A stretch of 64,000 nucleotides of DNA from an uncultured delta proteobacterium (GCA_963765675.1 CAVXXK010000001.1:320001-384000), one strand, 5' to 3'. Shown: positions 20,022 to 29,284, numbered from the stretch's first letter. Made by a program: numbers and translations. Notes: generated by a model not told the origin, from the letters alone.

Positions 20022-21560
20022 ATGACGCAGCGAATCCATATCACCACGGCGATCCACTACAGCAACGGACCGCCGCATCTCGGCCACGCTTACGAGGATA
20101 TTGCCGCCGACGCCTACGCGCGCCATCTGCGGCGCAAAATCGGCGGCGCAAACCTGACCTTCGTCACCGGCACCGACGAGCACGGGCAGAAAAACCGCGA
20201 CGCCGCGGCGAAGGTCAACCTCGATCCAAAAGCGTTCGCGGATAAAATCAGCGCGCTGTTCCGGACCACCTTCGATCGGCTCGAAATCAGCTACACCAAT
20301 TTTGTCCGCACCACCGATCCGGTGCACGAGGCGTTCGTGCAGAAGATGCTCGCGCGAACCTACGAGCGTGGCGATATCTACTTCCGCGATTACGAGGGTC
20401 TCTACTGCGTCGGATGCGAGCGCTTCTACACCGAGAAGGAGTTGCTACCGGGAAATATCTGCCCGGAACATAACACGCCGGTCGAGCTCCTCAAGGAATC
20501 GAATTATTTTCTCAAGCTCGAAAAATATCGCGAGGCGATCCGCGCGCATATCAAGGCCAACCCCGGCTTCATCCGTCCTGAGCGCTACCGCAACGAAGCG
20601 CTCAGGATGTTCGATGAGCCCCTCGCTGATCTGTGCATCTCGCGCCCGAAGGCGCGCCTGGATTGGGGAATCGAGCTGCCGTTCGATCCCACCTACGTCA
20701 CCTATGTCTGGTACGACGCGTTCTGGGCGTATCTGAGCGAGCTGCCCGACACGAGCGATGCCGCGCTGGCGGCGCTGCTGCCCGCGACCGAGCACTTCAT
20801 CGGCAAGGACATCCTGAAGACTCATGCGGTGTACTGGCCCGCGATGCTGCTGGCGGTCGGGCTGCCGCTCTACGCGCGCCTCAACGTTCACGGGTTCCTC
20901 AACCTTGAAGGCTCGCGGATGTCGAAAAGCTCGGGCAACATGATCGATCCGCTCGAACTCGCCGAACGGCTCGGCCCTGACGTGTTGCGCCATTTCGTCT
21001 TGCGCGAGTTCGTATACGGACTCGACGGAGACTTCACCGAGGAGCGGCTCACCGAGCGCTACAACGCCGACCTCGCCAACGACCTCGGCAATCTCACCAG
21101 CCGCGTGCTCGCGATGGCGGCGCGATATTTCGGCGGCGAGCTCACGATGGCCCCAGGAGCGAACGCTGAGGATCGTGCGCTGTGCGATTCGTTCGCCACG
21201 GTCGCCGCGCGGAGCGCCGCTCAGATCGAAGAGCTTGCATTCAATCGAGCGCTCGAAGCGATCTGGCAATCGCTCGACGCCGCGAACAAATACATCGTCG
21301 CGACTTCTCCGTTCAGGCTCGCAAAGGATCCCGCGAAGCTGCCGCGTGTCGCGGAGATTCTGGCGAACTTGTGCGAGGGCCTGCGCGTCGTCGCCGACAC
21401 GCTCGAGCCGTTCATGCCGGCGACCTCGCGGAAAATCCTCGATCTCCTGAACGTCGATGACTCAACAGCGCACGCGCCGTTCGGCGAGGGCTTGAGGCCG
21501 GGGCATCGTGTGAAGGCGGCGACTCCTCTGTTTCCGCGAATCGAAAAAAAGAAAGCCTAG
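20022..21560 (+). CDS. metG: Methionine--tRNA ligase (short form)
   Basis: PHLGH, GTDEHG, CVGC..CPEH knuckle, RMSKS, YNADLANDLGNL. Confidence 0.95.
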   Translation: MTQRIHITTAIHYSNGPPHLGHAYEDIAADAYARHLRRKIGGANLTFVTGTDEHGQKNRDAAAKVNLDPKAFADKISALFRTTFDRLEISYTNFVRTTDPVHEAFVQKMLARTYERGDIYFRDYEGLYCVGCERFYTEKELLPGNICPEHNTPVELLKESNYFLKLEKYREAIRAHIKANPGFIRPERYRNEALRMFDEPLADLCISRPKARLDWGIELPFDPTYVTYVWYDAFWAYLSELPDTSDAALAALLPATEHFIGKDILKTHAVYWPAMLLAVGLPLYARLNVHGFLNLEGSRMSKSSGNMIDPLELAERLGPDVLRHFVLREFVYGLDGDFTEERLTERYNADLANDLGNLTSRVLAMAARYFGGELTMAPGANAEDRALCDSFATVAARSAAQIEELAFNRALEAIWQSLDAANKYIVATSPFRLAKDPAKLPRVAEILANLCEGLRVVADTLEPFMPATSRKILDLLNVDDSTAHAPFGEGLRPGHRVKAATPLFPRIEKKKA

Positions 21561-21572
21561 CGCGGGGCTCCG

Positions 21573-22367
21573 ATGATGACGCCGATCATCGACACGCATT
21601 GCCATCTGGCCGATCCCAAACTCGACCAGGATCTCGAGGCCGTTCTCGAACGCGCCCGCATCGCAGGAATCGCGCGGATCGTTTCAGTCGGCGCGATCGG
21701 ATCTGTCGAATGCGATCGCCGCACGGTCGAAATCGCGGAGCGCCACGAACATATTTTCGCCGCGATCGGAGTGCATCCGCACGACGCGAAAGATTGCACT
21801 CCCGCGCGGATCGCGCAGTTGCGCGAGCTCGCGCGATCGCCGCGGGTGGTCGCGATCGGCGAGAGCGGCCTGGATTTTCACTACATGCACTCGCCTGCCG
21901 AGGCTCAGGAAGCGGCGCTGCGGCGTCATCTGAAACTCGCTTCCGAGCTTGGAAAACCAATCGTTATCCACTGCCGCGACGCCGAGGATCGGCTCGCCGC
22001 GATCGTGCGCGAAACCGCGATCCCGCGGGCCGGCGGCGTGATTCATTGTTTCACCGGCAACGCCGCCGCCGCCGCGCGATTTCTCGAGCTCGGATTTCAT
22101 ATTTCGTTCTCGGGAATCGTGACGTTCAAGAATGCCGCCGCGGTGCGCGAAGCCGCGCGCATCGTTCCGGACGATCGCGTGATGGTCGAAACCGACGCGC
22201 CCTACCTCGCGCCCGAACCGTATCGCGGCAAACGCAACGAGCCCGCCTTCGTCCGCCGCACGCTCGAGGTGCTCGCGGAAGTGCGCGGCGCCGACGTTGA
22301 CACTCTCGCGGAGCTGACCGCCACCAACGCAACCCGCCTCTTCCGATTAACGGCGGCGGCGAAGTAG
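21573..22367 (+). CDS. tatD: TatD family DNase
   Basis: DTHCHL, GVHPH, IGESGLD, IHCR, HCF, ETDAPY. Confidence 0.95.
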   Translation: MMTPIIDTHCHLADPKLDQDLEAVLERARIAGIARIVSVGAIGSVECDRRTVEIAERHEHIFAAIGVHPHDAKDCTPARIAQLRELARSPRVVAIGESGLDFHYMHSPAEAQEAALRRHLKLASELGKPIVIHCRDAEDRLAAIVRETAIPRAGGVIHCFTGNAAAAARFLELGFHISFSGIVTFKNAAAVREAARIVPDDRVMVETDAPYLAPEPYRGKRNEPAFVRRTLEVLAEVRGADVDTLAELTATNATRLFRLTAAAK

Positions 22368-22422
22368 TGCCAGGTCGAGGTCATGCAGGGGCTCGGACAA
22401 CTTAGGCGCCGAGACCTCAGTC

Positions 22423-22527
22423 GTCATTTCGACCTAAGGGAGAAATCCCGAGCGAAGGACCACCGCATGTGGCGTTGGTTCCGGAGCATGGACGCCTCGG
22501 GATTTCTCGCCCAAGGCTCGAAATGAC
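22423..22527. repeat. GTCATTTCGA..GAGAAATCCC / GGGATTTCTC..TCGAAATGAC palindromic element
   Basis: Nested inverted arms read directly; same class as the elements at 24273-24416 and 24648-24808. Confidence 0.8.
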
Positions 22528-22591
22528 GATCGGTCTTTTGTCAATTTGCGCCGATTCACGGAATCGCTTCTGCGGGGTTATAGATACTGAG

Positions 22592-23104
22592 ATGCCCACG
22601 CTGGAAAAGCTCTCCCTTCCGCCGCCGTTCGAGGACGCGATGAAATCGCTCGAGAGCGAGATCATGCGCTTCATCCTGCGCAGCACGCGTGACCGCGAGG
22701 ACAGCCTGGACCTGTTTCAGGAGACGTGGCTGCGCGCATACCGCGCGTATCCGTCCCTGCGCTCGCACAATGGGCTGCGGCCGTGGGTATTCAGTATCGC
22801 GGCCAATCTGTGCCGCAATCGCGCGCGCGATCGGATGCGCCGGGCGCGCGTGATCGTGAACGACGGCCGCGACCCGGACGCGGAGGCCGAACGGTTCTTT
22901 CCGCACGCCGAGAGTTCTCCCGACGGCGTGATCGGACTTCGCCGCGCGCTCGCTGCGCTTCCGGGCAAGCAGGGCAAAGCGCTGATGATGCGCAAGTTCG
23001 GCGGGATGGAATACGCGGAAATCGCGACGGCGCTCAAATGTTCCCAGGAGAGCGCGCGGGCCAGCGTGTACCAGGCGCTCAAGAAGTTGAAGGCATCGCA
23101 ATGA
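22592..23104 (+). CDS. ECF-type RNA polymerase sigma factor
   Basis: Sigma2 (DLFQETWLRAY..WVFSIAANLCRN) and sigma4 (LPGKQ..YAEIATAL..RASVYQALKKL); about 170 aa. Confidence 0.92.
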   Translation: MPTLEKLSLPPPFEDAMKSLESEIMRFILRSTRDREDSLDLFQETWLRAYRAYPSLRSHNGLRPWVFSIAANLCRNRARDRMRRARVIVNDGRDPDAEAERFFPHAESSPDGVIGLRRALAALPGKQGKALMMRKFGGMEYAEIATALKCSQESARASVYQALKKLKASQ

Positions 23105-23922
23105 AAACCACCAATCAGAACAAGCAGATGGAAGCATCGAAAGAATTTGACGATCGCGACGTCGAGGCGCTGGTGCGCGCCGCGCATCCGGGAATCCGCC
23201 GCGCGATGAAGATTCTGCGGCGTCCCGAGGCGCGGATCGGAATCGTTGCGTCGCCGGTCGGACAACTGCTGGTGGCCGAGGGTCCGCACGGTTTTGCGAC
23301 GATCCATTTTCTCTCGTCCAGCGACGCCGAGCGTCCGCTTGAAAAGCTGCGGCGTAAATTCGATCTGCTCGAGAATGAAACCTGGCGCGCGGATACCGTC
23401 CGCGAGCTCGGGCGATATTTCGGCGGCGACTTCTCGGTGCTCGCTCACGAGGTCGATCTGGTGATGGTCGAAAGCGAGTTTCAGCGCCGCGCGCTGATGC
23501 GGCTGCGCGAGGTTCCGATCGGCTCGGTGATCACCTACCAGGGATTGGCCACGGCGGTTGGAGAGCCCGACGCGCAGCGCGCGATCGGCAACACGATGGC
23601 GTCGAATCCGATCCCGATCTTCATCCCGTGCCATCGCGTAATTCGCTCCGACGGAACCATCGGGAATTACGGCGGCGGGGTCAAGAACAAGATCACGCTG
23701 TTGCGCAACGAAGGATTCGCGCTCGGCCCGAGTGCGCGGATGCCGTCGAACCTCAGGATGCCGGCGTCGGCGGTGATGGGGCATCGGCATACGCATATCT
23801 ACTGCCGGCCGGATTGCAGCGCGGCGAAGCGCGCCGACCCGCGCCGCTCATTGATCTTCGCCGACGCCCGCCACGCGCGCGCCGCAGGCCTGCGCGCCTG
23901 CAAGCTATGCAAGCCCGGCTGA
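23101..23922 (+). CDS. Methylated-DNA--protein-cysteine methyltransferase (Ogt) fused to a C-terminal Ada zinc-binding domain
   Basis: FQRR, TYQGLA, RAIG, NPIPIFIPCHRV; C-terminal IYCRPDC..AGLRACKLCKP. Confidence 0.92.
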   Translation: MKTTNQNKQMEASKEFDDRDVEALVRAAHPGIRRAMKILRRPEARIGIVASPVGQLLVAEGPHGFATIHFLSSSDAERPLEKLRRKFDLLENETWRADTVRELGRYFGGDFSVLAHEVDLVMVESEFQRRALMRLREVPIGSVITYQGLATAVGEPDAQRAIGNTMASNPIPIFIPCHRVIRSDGTIGNYGGGVKNKITLLRNEGFALGPSARMPSNLRMPASAVMGHRHTHIYCRPDCSAAKRADPRRSLIFADARHARAAGLRACKLCKPG

Positions 23923-24237
23923 GTTGGGATTGAGCAGCACGCATCGCTCGACCAGCCGGCCAATCAGCCATCAACCGCCTATGGCAGAAGGAAACAATCT
24001 GCCAGTGGTGGCGGACGGCTCGTCCGCCTCTCCCCGCGAGAAGAGCCCATCGATAGTCGGCGAAGCGCGATCAGAAATGACCGGTGACGCCGATCCTCCT
24101 AAGAAACAGGATTGAGGATTCGTGGCACAGGCTTCAGCCTGTGCTGCTCACCCCGGGCACAGAGCAGAATCAATTCATAGAGGCGCATCGCGACGCGCCC
24201 GTCTTCGCAGTCCTCTGCCGGATACCCTCTCCCTCCG

Positions 24238-24447
24238 GATGATGTCGATTTTCTCGCGAATGCCCCCAGGATGTCATCCTGAGCCGTAGGCGAAGGATCT
24301 CCGCGAAGCGATTAGTGCAACTCTTCTGGGCGATTCGCACTAATCGCTTCGCGGAGATCCTTCACAGAGCCCGTCCTGAGCAACGCCGAAAGGGGGCAGC
24401 CTTCGTTCAGGATGACGGACAAGAATTCGGCATTTATCGAGAGCCTC
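24238..24447. mobile_element. MITE-like insertion 1 in a REP hairpin loop
   Basis: Splits CCCTCTCCC-tcc-GGGAGAGGG; CTCCG duplicated at 24233-24237 and 24448-24452; imperfect ends GATGATGTCGAT / ATCGAGAGCCTC. Confidence 0.6.
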
Positions 24448-24591
24448 CTCCGGGAGAGGGCAACGCGGCGCGGCGATTGCTTTTTTTTGCAATCGCCGTA
24501 ACGCGTGGGTGAGGGTGCTGCTCTGCTCATTTAATCGCGCGGCATGCGCGCCGCGCTGAAAAATGACCCTCACCTAACCTCTCCCTTTCAG

Positions 24592-24854
24592 GAGAGCTTT
24601 GCGTAATCGATTCCATTGAACGGGTCATGCGGCTGGCGAGATTCCTCGCGATGCGCGCAGCGCGAGCCGATCTGCACGCCGCAAAGCTGGCGCTGGATTC
24701 GCGCTCGGAATGACAACGTTTGCTGGTTTTGTGTCATTCCGAGCCCGTACAGGCGATGCGGATGGTGAGGTGCAGAGTACCGAATGGCAGCAATTGCGAG
24801 GAATCTCGCCCTGCGCACTGGGCACACTTTTCCGGTAGGTTATGCAAAGCTCTC
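24592..24854. mobile_element. MITE-like insertion 2 in a REP hairpin loop
   Basis: 15-bp TIR GAGAGCTTTGCGTAA / TTATGCAAAGCTCTC (1 mismatch); CCTTTCAG duplicated at 24584-24591 and 24855-24862; an uninterrupted site occurs at ~35214-35232. Confidence 0.75.
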
Positions 24855-24874
24855 CCTTTCAGGGCGAGGAATCA

Positions 24875-24911
24875 GAAAAGAAGAAAGACGCCGCTAGGGG
24901 CGGCGTCTTTC
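24875..24911 (-). terminator. Intrinsic terminator of the glycine-zipper lipoprotein cluster
   Basis: GAAAGACGCCGC-loop-GCGGCGTCTTTC stem followed on the minus strand by a T-rich tract. Confidence 0.75.
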
Positions 24912-24941
24912 GTGCGAATCTGAAATGTTAACCGAGATGAT

Positions 24942-25292
24942 CTATTCGGTTTCGTTCTGCTGTTGAAGTTGCTGCAACTGCTGGCGCTGCTGTTCGATTT
25001 CCTGCTGTTGCTGCTGCACTTGCTGACTGGTCTGGGCGTTGGCGTTCTCGTTGTTCTGCATCGAGTTGCCGACCGCATAGCCGGTCACTCCACCAAGTCC
25101 GCCACCGATAAGAGCGCCGGCTGCCGGATGTCCGACCGCTGCCCCTACCAGTGCGCCGCCGACGGCGCCGATTCCCGCACCGCCCAGCGTCCCTTCTTCT
25201 CGAGTCGAGAGCGGCTGGCTGCCAGCGCATCCTGCAATGAACAGCGCCGCTGCGAGCGTGATTCCTGCGATAAGGCCCGAGCGCGACCGCAT
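24942..25292 (-). CDS. Glycine-zipper lipoprotein with Gln-rich tail (copy 3)
   Basis: AAGGAGG RBS, lipobox IAGC, GAxxG repeats, polyQ coiled coil. Confidence 0.85.
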   Translation of the reverse strand: MRSRSGLIAGITLAAALFIAGCAGSQPLSTREEGTLGGAGIGAVGGALVGAAVGHPAAGALIGGGLGGVTGYAVGNSMQNNENANAQTSQQVQQQQQEIEQQRQQLQQLQQQNETE

Positions 25293-25330
25293 GATGGCCT
25301 CCTTGCCTACCCTTTACCTCGTAGGCCTGG

Positions 25331-25678
25331 TTATTCCGTTTCCTGTGATTGTTTCAACTGCTGGAGCTGCTCGCGTTGCTGCTCGATCTCCTGCTGCTGA
25401 GATTGAATTTGCGTTTCGGTCTGTGCGTTGGCGTTTTGCTGATTCTGCATCGAGTTGCCGACGGCGTAGCCGGTCACTCCGCCAAGTCCGCCGCCGATCA
25501 GAGCACCTGCAGCCGGATGCCCGACCGCAGCCCCGACCAGCGCGCCGCCGGCGGCGCCGATTCCCGCGCCGCCCAAGGTACCTTCTTCACGAGTGGAAAG
25601 CGGGTCACCGGAGCATCCCGCCACCAGAAAAAGAACAGCCAACGCGAGGGTTCCTGTCACAATTGCTGGCTTGCGCAT
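25331..25678 (-). CDS. Glycine-zipper lipoprotein with Gln-rich tail (copy 2)
   Basis: GGGAG RBS, lipobox VAGC, paralog of the flanking ORFs. Confidence 0.85.
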   Translation of the reverse strand: MRKPAIVTGTLALAVLFLVAGCSGDPLSTREEGTLGGAGIGAAGGALVGAAVGHPAAGALIGGGLGGVTGYAVGNSMQNQQNANAQTETQIQSQQQEIEQQREQLQQLKQSQETE

Positions 25679-25714
25679 GATCGATCTCCCTGACTGATTA
25701 GACTCGGCAGGGAG

Positions 25715-26068
25715 CTATTCCGTTTCATTCTGTTGCTTGAGCTGTTGAATTTGTTGGCGCTGCTGTTCGAGCTGCTGCTGCTGCGACTGAATCTGGGATT
25801 GCGTCTGCGCGTTGGCATTCTCCTGATTCTGCATCGAGTTTCCGACCGCAAACCCGGTCACGCCTCCAAGCGCGCCGCCGATTGCCGCGCCGGCGCCGGG
25901 AGCTCCCACCGCCGCACCGATAATCGCGCCGGTCGCCGCGCCAAGGCCTCCGCCAATCAGGGTGCCTTTTTCACGGGTTGAGAGTGGCTGTCCACTGCAC
26001 CCGGTCATTACTCCGAGCGCAATTGCCATTAGAATCACGGTTAAGGTTTTAGTTGCGAATTGCAGCAC
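25715..26068 (-). CDS. Glycine-zipper lipoprotein with Gln-rich tail (copy 1)
   Basis: GGAGGAG RBS, GTG start, lipobox MTGC. Confidence 0.85.
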   Translation of the reverse strand: MLQFATKTLTVILMAIALGVMTGCSGQPLSTREKGTLIGGGLGAATGAIIGAAVGAPGAGAAIGGALGGVTGFAVGNSMQNQENANAQTQSQIQSQQQQLEQQRQQIQQLKQQNETE

Positions 26069-26243
26069 GGCCCTCCTCCATCATTAGCCGGGTAGTTTCG
26101 ACGCCGCTTTGCCCAGCTCGAACTGCAAACCCCGGGTGGCAGAACCCGAAGTTTCGTATCTTATCGAGGCACGATCAAGCAAGCCGACCACTTTCCTGAA
26201 CAATAATTAAGCATGATTGGAATCGTGCATCCATCGGAGCGCT

Positions 26244-26960
26244 TCACGGCAGGACGGCGAAGCATCGCGTCGGCCCTCCCGTGCCCTTGCCGATCTTCAT
26301 CGGAATACAGAAAATCGTCGCACCCTTAGGGGGCAATTTATCCGCATTGGCAAGGTTCTCGAACCCCGGCTTGCCGGCTCCGAGCCACGCGCGATGCACC
26401 GGGTAGTCCTTCGAGATGCCGGGGTCCATGCTTGCCGTATCAATCGCGATCGCGGCGACATTGCGGTTCTTGAGCATCCAGTTGACGGCCTCGGCCGAGA
26501 AGCCGGGAAAGCGCAGCCCGGCCACGTCGCCCGGTTTGTCGGTGCCCATGTAGGCTTTCGTGTCGGGCCAATATTTGCCCCATCCGGAACGCGCAACGAC
26601 GATCGCGCCGTCGGGAATACGGCCGTAGGTGGTTTCGTAACGCTCGAGGTCTGCGACGCTCAACGTCGCGTTGCGATCTTTCGCCGCGCGATCAGAAAAA
26701 TCTACGACCGCCGCGGGACCGACGCAGCTCGCGAGCGGCACCTGGTCGAGCGTCAGGCCATCGCGGCTATAGTGAATCGGCGCGTCGGCGTGGGTTCCGA
26801 AATGTTCGGGCGCGGCATAAGTGGCCGCCGAGTAGAAATAATTTTCGGACGTCCCGTTCTGAGCTTCGAACTTATGCTCGAAACGCCCCTCGCCCGGCCA
26901 ACCGATAGTCGTGCTGTCGAAGGTGTAGGTCAGGTCGATAATCTTTGCGGAATCTATCAA
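26244..26960 (-). CDS. Cyclase family metal hydrolase (kynurenine formamidase-like)
   Basis: IIDLT, EHFGTHADAPIH, ENL, G.GGPTR. Confidence 0.9.
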   Translation of the reverse strand: MIDSAKIIDLTYTFDSTTIGWPGEGRFEHKFEAQNGTSENYFYSAATYAAPEHFGTHADAPIHYSRDGLTLDQVPLASCVGPAAVVDFSDRAAKDRNATLSVADLERYETTYGRIPDGAIVVARSGWGKYWPDTKAYMGTDKPGDVAGLRFPGFSAEAVNWMLKNRNVAAIAIDTASMDPGISKDYPVHRAWLGAGKPGFENLANADKLPPKGATIFCIPMKIGKGTGGPTRCFAVLP

Positions 26961-26984
26961 CTCGCGCCCGCCGTCATCATCCCA

Positions 26985-28754
26985 TCACCATCCGATTACC
27001 TGCGTAGGCATGACCGGTTGCGCCTGTCCGCGAGGGTCGCACGCCCCGCTGAGCAATCCCGGCGCGCGATCGATCGAAACCGCTATGACGTGGCCCTCGG
27101 ACCATGGCGGCCGCACCTCGATTTTGTGGCCGCGCTCGGCGAGCTCGGCGCGCACACGCGGATCGATTCGATCTTCGAGGCGCAGCACGCCCGGCATCGT
27201 GTTGTGCGGGTAAAAGGTGGACGGAAAGTGCGGGGTCGAGAATTTGGGCGCCTCGATCGCCTCTTGCAGATCCATTCCGAAATCGACTGCGTTGAGAAAA
27301 AACTGGAACGTCCACTGATCCTGCTGATCTCCGCCGGGCGTGCCGAATGCCATGTACGGCTCGCCCGCGCGCATCGCAAGCGACGGCGACAATGTTGTGC
27401 GCGGGCGCTTGCCCGGCACCAGCGCGTTGGGATGATTCTCGTCGAGGTAAAAGGTCTGCATCCGGCTTCCGAGCGGGAACCCGAGTGCCTCGATCACCGG
27501 CGAGCTCGGAATCCATCCGCCGCTCGCCGTCACCGCGATCATATTGCCCGCGCGGTCGCAGGCGGCGACGTGAATCGTTCCCTCGCCCCACGGACGGGCG
27601 GGAGCGGCGCCACCGGCGCGCAACGCCTGCATCGCAATCGGATCGCCGGGGCGCTGCTCCATCGACGCGCGGCGCGGATCGATAAGTCCTCGTCGCAGCT
27701 CCGCGTAGCGCGGCGCGAGCAGGCCGTCGATCGGCACGCGGGTAAATTCGGGATCGGCGTAGTAGGCCTCGCGATCGGCAAACGCGAGCTTGGCCGATTC
27801 GATCACGGTGTGGATATACTCCGCCGAGTTGTGGCGCATCGCGCGCAGGTCGAAGCCTTCCAGGACGCGGAGCTGCTGCAAGAACACGGGACCCTGTGAC
27901 CACGGACCGCATTTGAAGACGCTGACGCCGCGGTAATCGACGCTCAAAGGCTGCTCGATTCGAGTAGTGAAACCCGCGAGGTCGGATGCGTCGAGCAAGC
28001 CACCTTGCTCATCCGACCACGCCGCGATGTCGCGCGCGATATCGCCGCGGTAGAAGCGCTCGCGCGCCGCTTCCAGCGCAGGCTTGCGGCCCTGCTGCTT
28101 CGCGGAGGATTCGGAATCGAGCAGACGGCGGTAGAATCCTGCCAGCGCGGGGTTCTTGATAATCGCGCCCGGCTTCGGAACCTCGCCGCCCGGAAGATAG
28201 ACGCGCGCCGACGACGGCCATCGCGTGCGAAATCTTTCAGCGTTGGCGCGAATCGACGCGCCCGCTCCCGCCTGATACTGCTCGCCCGATTCAGCCGGCT
28301 CGCCGCACAATCCGACATGCATCGGAAATCCGTCCTCGGCCAGCTCGAGCGCGGGCTCCAGAACCTGCGCCAGCGACATCGTTCCGAACTCAGACAGCGC
28401 GGTGACAAGCGCGCCGAGCGCGGCGGGAACTCCAGCGGCGAGCAGGCCGGAGGGCGGAATCAGCTCTTTTCCCAGAGCGCGGAATTTGGCGATCGTCGCA
28501 CGCGCCGGCGCGATCATGTTGCCGTTGATCGCGACTACGCGGCGGGCATCAGCCGAGTAGATGAGCATCGGCGCTTCGCCGCCGATCGTATGCATATGCG
28601 GATTAACCACGCCCTCGACGAACGTCGCGGCGACCGCGGCGTCGATAGCGTTTCCGCCTCGGGCGAAGATTCGCGCTCCCGCCGAAGCCGACAGATAGTG
28701 CTGCGTTGCAACAACGGCCTGGCGGCCCATCACGAGCGGATACAATGTAGGCAT
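26985..28754 (-). CDS. Gamma-glutamyltransferase family protein
   Basis: GGNAIDAAVA, FYRGDIA, KLAFADRE, autoprocessing Thr (GT), PGKRPRTTLSP, GTPGGDQQ. Confidence 0.92.
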   Translation of the reverse strand: MPTLYPLVMGRQAVVATQHYLSASAGARIFARGGNAIDAAVAATFVEGVVNPHMHTIGGEAPMLIYSADARRVVAINGNMIAPARATIAKFRALGKELIPPSGLLAAGVPAALGALVTALSEFGTMSLAQVLEPALELAEDGFPMHVGLCGEPAESGEQYQAGAGASIRANAERFRTRWPSSARVYLPGGEVPKPGAIIKNPALAGFYRRLLDSESSAKQQGRKPALEAARERFYRGDIARDIAAWSDEQGGLLDASDLAGFTTRIEQPLSVDYRGVSVFKCGPWSQGPVFLQQLRVLEGFDLRAMRHNSAEYIHTVIESAKLAFADREAYYADPEFTRVPIDGLLAPRYAELRRGLIDPRRASMEQRPGDPIAMQALRAGGAAPARPWGEGTIHVAACDRAGNMIAVTASGGWIPSSPVIEALGFPLGSRMQTFYLDENHPNALVPGKRPRTTLSPSLAMRAGEPYMAFGTPGGDQQDQWTFQFFLNAVDFGMDLQEAIEAPKFSTPHFPSTFYPHNTMPGVLRLEDRIDPRVRAELAERGHKIEVRPPWSEGHVIAVSIDRAPGLLSGACDPRGQAQPVMPTQVIGW

Positions 28755-29012
28755 CGTGAAACCTCACCAGTATGTGGACATTTGTGCATCTTCAGGTCTT
28801 CGCGGGATGCGATCGCGCTACGCGTTCGGTTAAAGACCTGCCCCGAAAGAGCCATCGAAGCAAGCCTGCTACATCTTTCTACCTTCGCAATCAGCGTTTG
28901 AATTCGCGAAACCCAAGCATCGTTAGGAATATTGGGAATATAAAGATTTCCACAAGCTGGGGAAAACGAATCGGACGCTCATTAATAACGTCTAAATATT
29001 AGGCCCGAAGCT

Positions 29013-29021
29013 TGCTAGAAT
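29013..29021 (+). promoter_or_regulatory. Extended -10 promoter element (TGcTAGAAT) in an AT-rich region
   Basis: Matches TGnTAnnnT, 57 nt upstream of the small ORF at 29078. Confidence 0.5.
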
Positions 29022-29077
29022 AAAAATCGGTGGATGAGGAAAACTGACGACCGGACTGGCGCAAAGAGGACAAGACA

Positions 29078-29284
29078 ATGATGGCCAGCACAAGTATCGA
29101 GGCGGCGGTGGGGCGAAATTGCCGATTACTGAGACCAGTTCGCGATCATGAAGGTCGCAATCGTTTCGGTGAGAGACCCCTTATCCTGCGCGAGGTAAAC
29201 AACCTGGACCGGCACATGTACCTAGTGCAGTTCGACGACGGAGCCACCACTTTTCTGTTTCCCGACGAAGTCACGGTGGAATAA
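29078..29284 (+). CDS. Small hypothetical protein, probable SH3-like beta-barrel
   Basis: AGAGGA RBS, upstream promoter, beta-strand pattern ending YLVQFDDGATTFLFPDEV. Confidence 0.7.
   Translation: MMASTSIEAAVGRNCRLLRPVRDHEGRNRFGERPLILREVNNLDRHMYLVQFDDGATTFLFPDEVTVE

Larger units (their letters stand above)
23998..24870. repeat. Composite REP-like mosaic
   Basis: Modules shared with 19157-19614 and 35064-35232; two internal insertions listed separately. Confidence 0.85.

Noticed and set aside
20915-20932. RMSKS instead of KMSKS in MetG
   Set aside because: A conservative change at the variable first position; the catalytic second Lys is retained.
19157-24870. Repeated palindromes as a CRISPR array
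   Set aside because: No regular repeat-spacer periodicity and no cas genes; the units are dispersed REP-like modules.
23924-24923. Short ORFs across the repeat mosaic
   Set aside because: They are translations of palindromic repeats with no coding signature.
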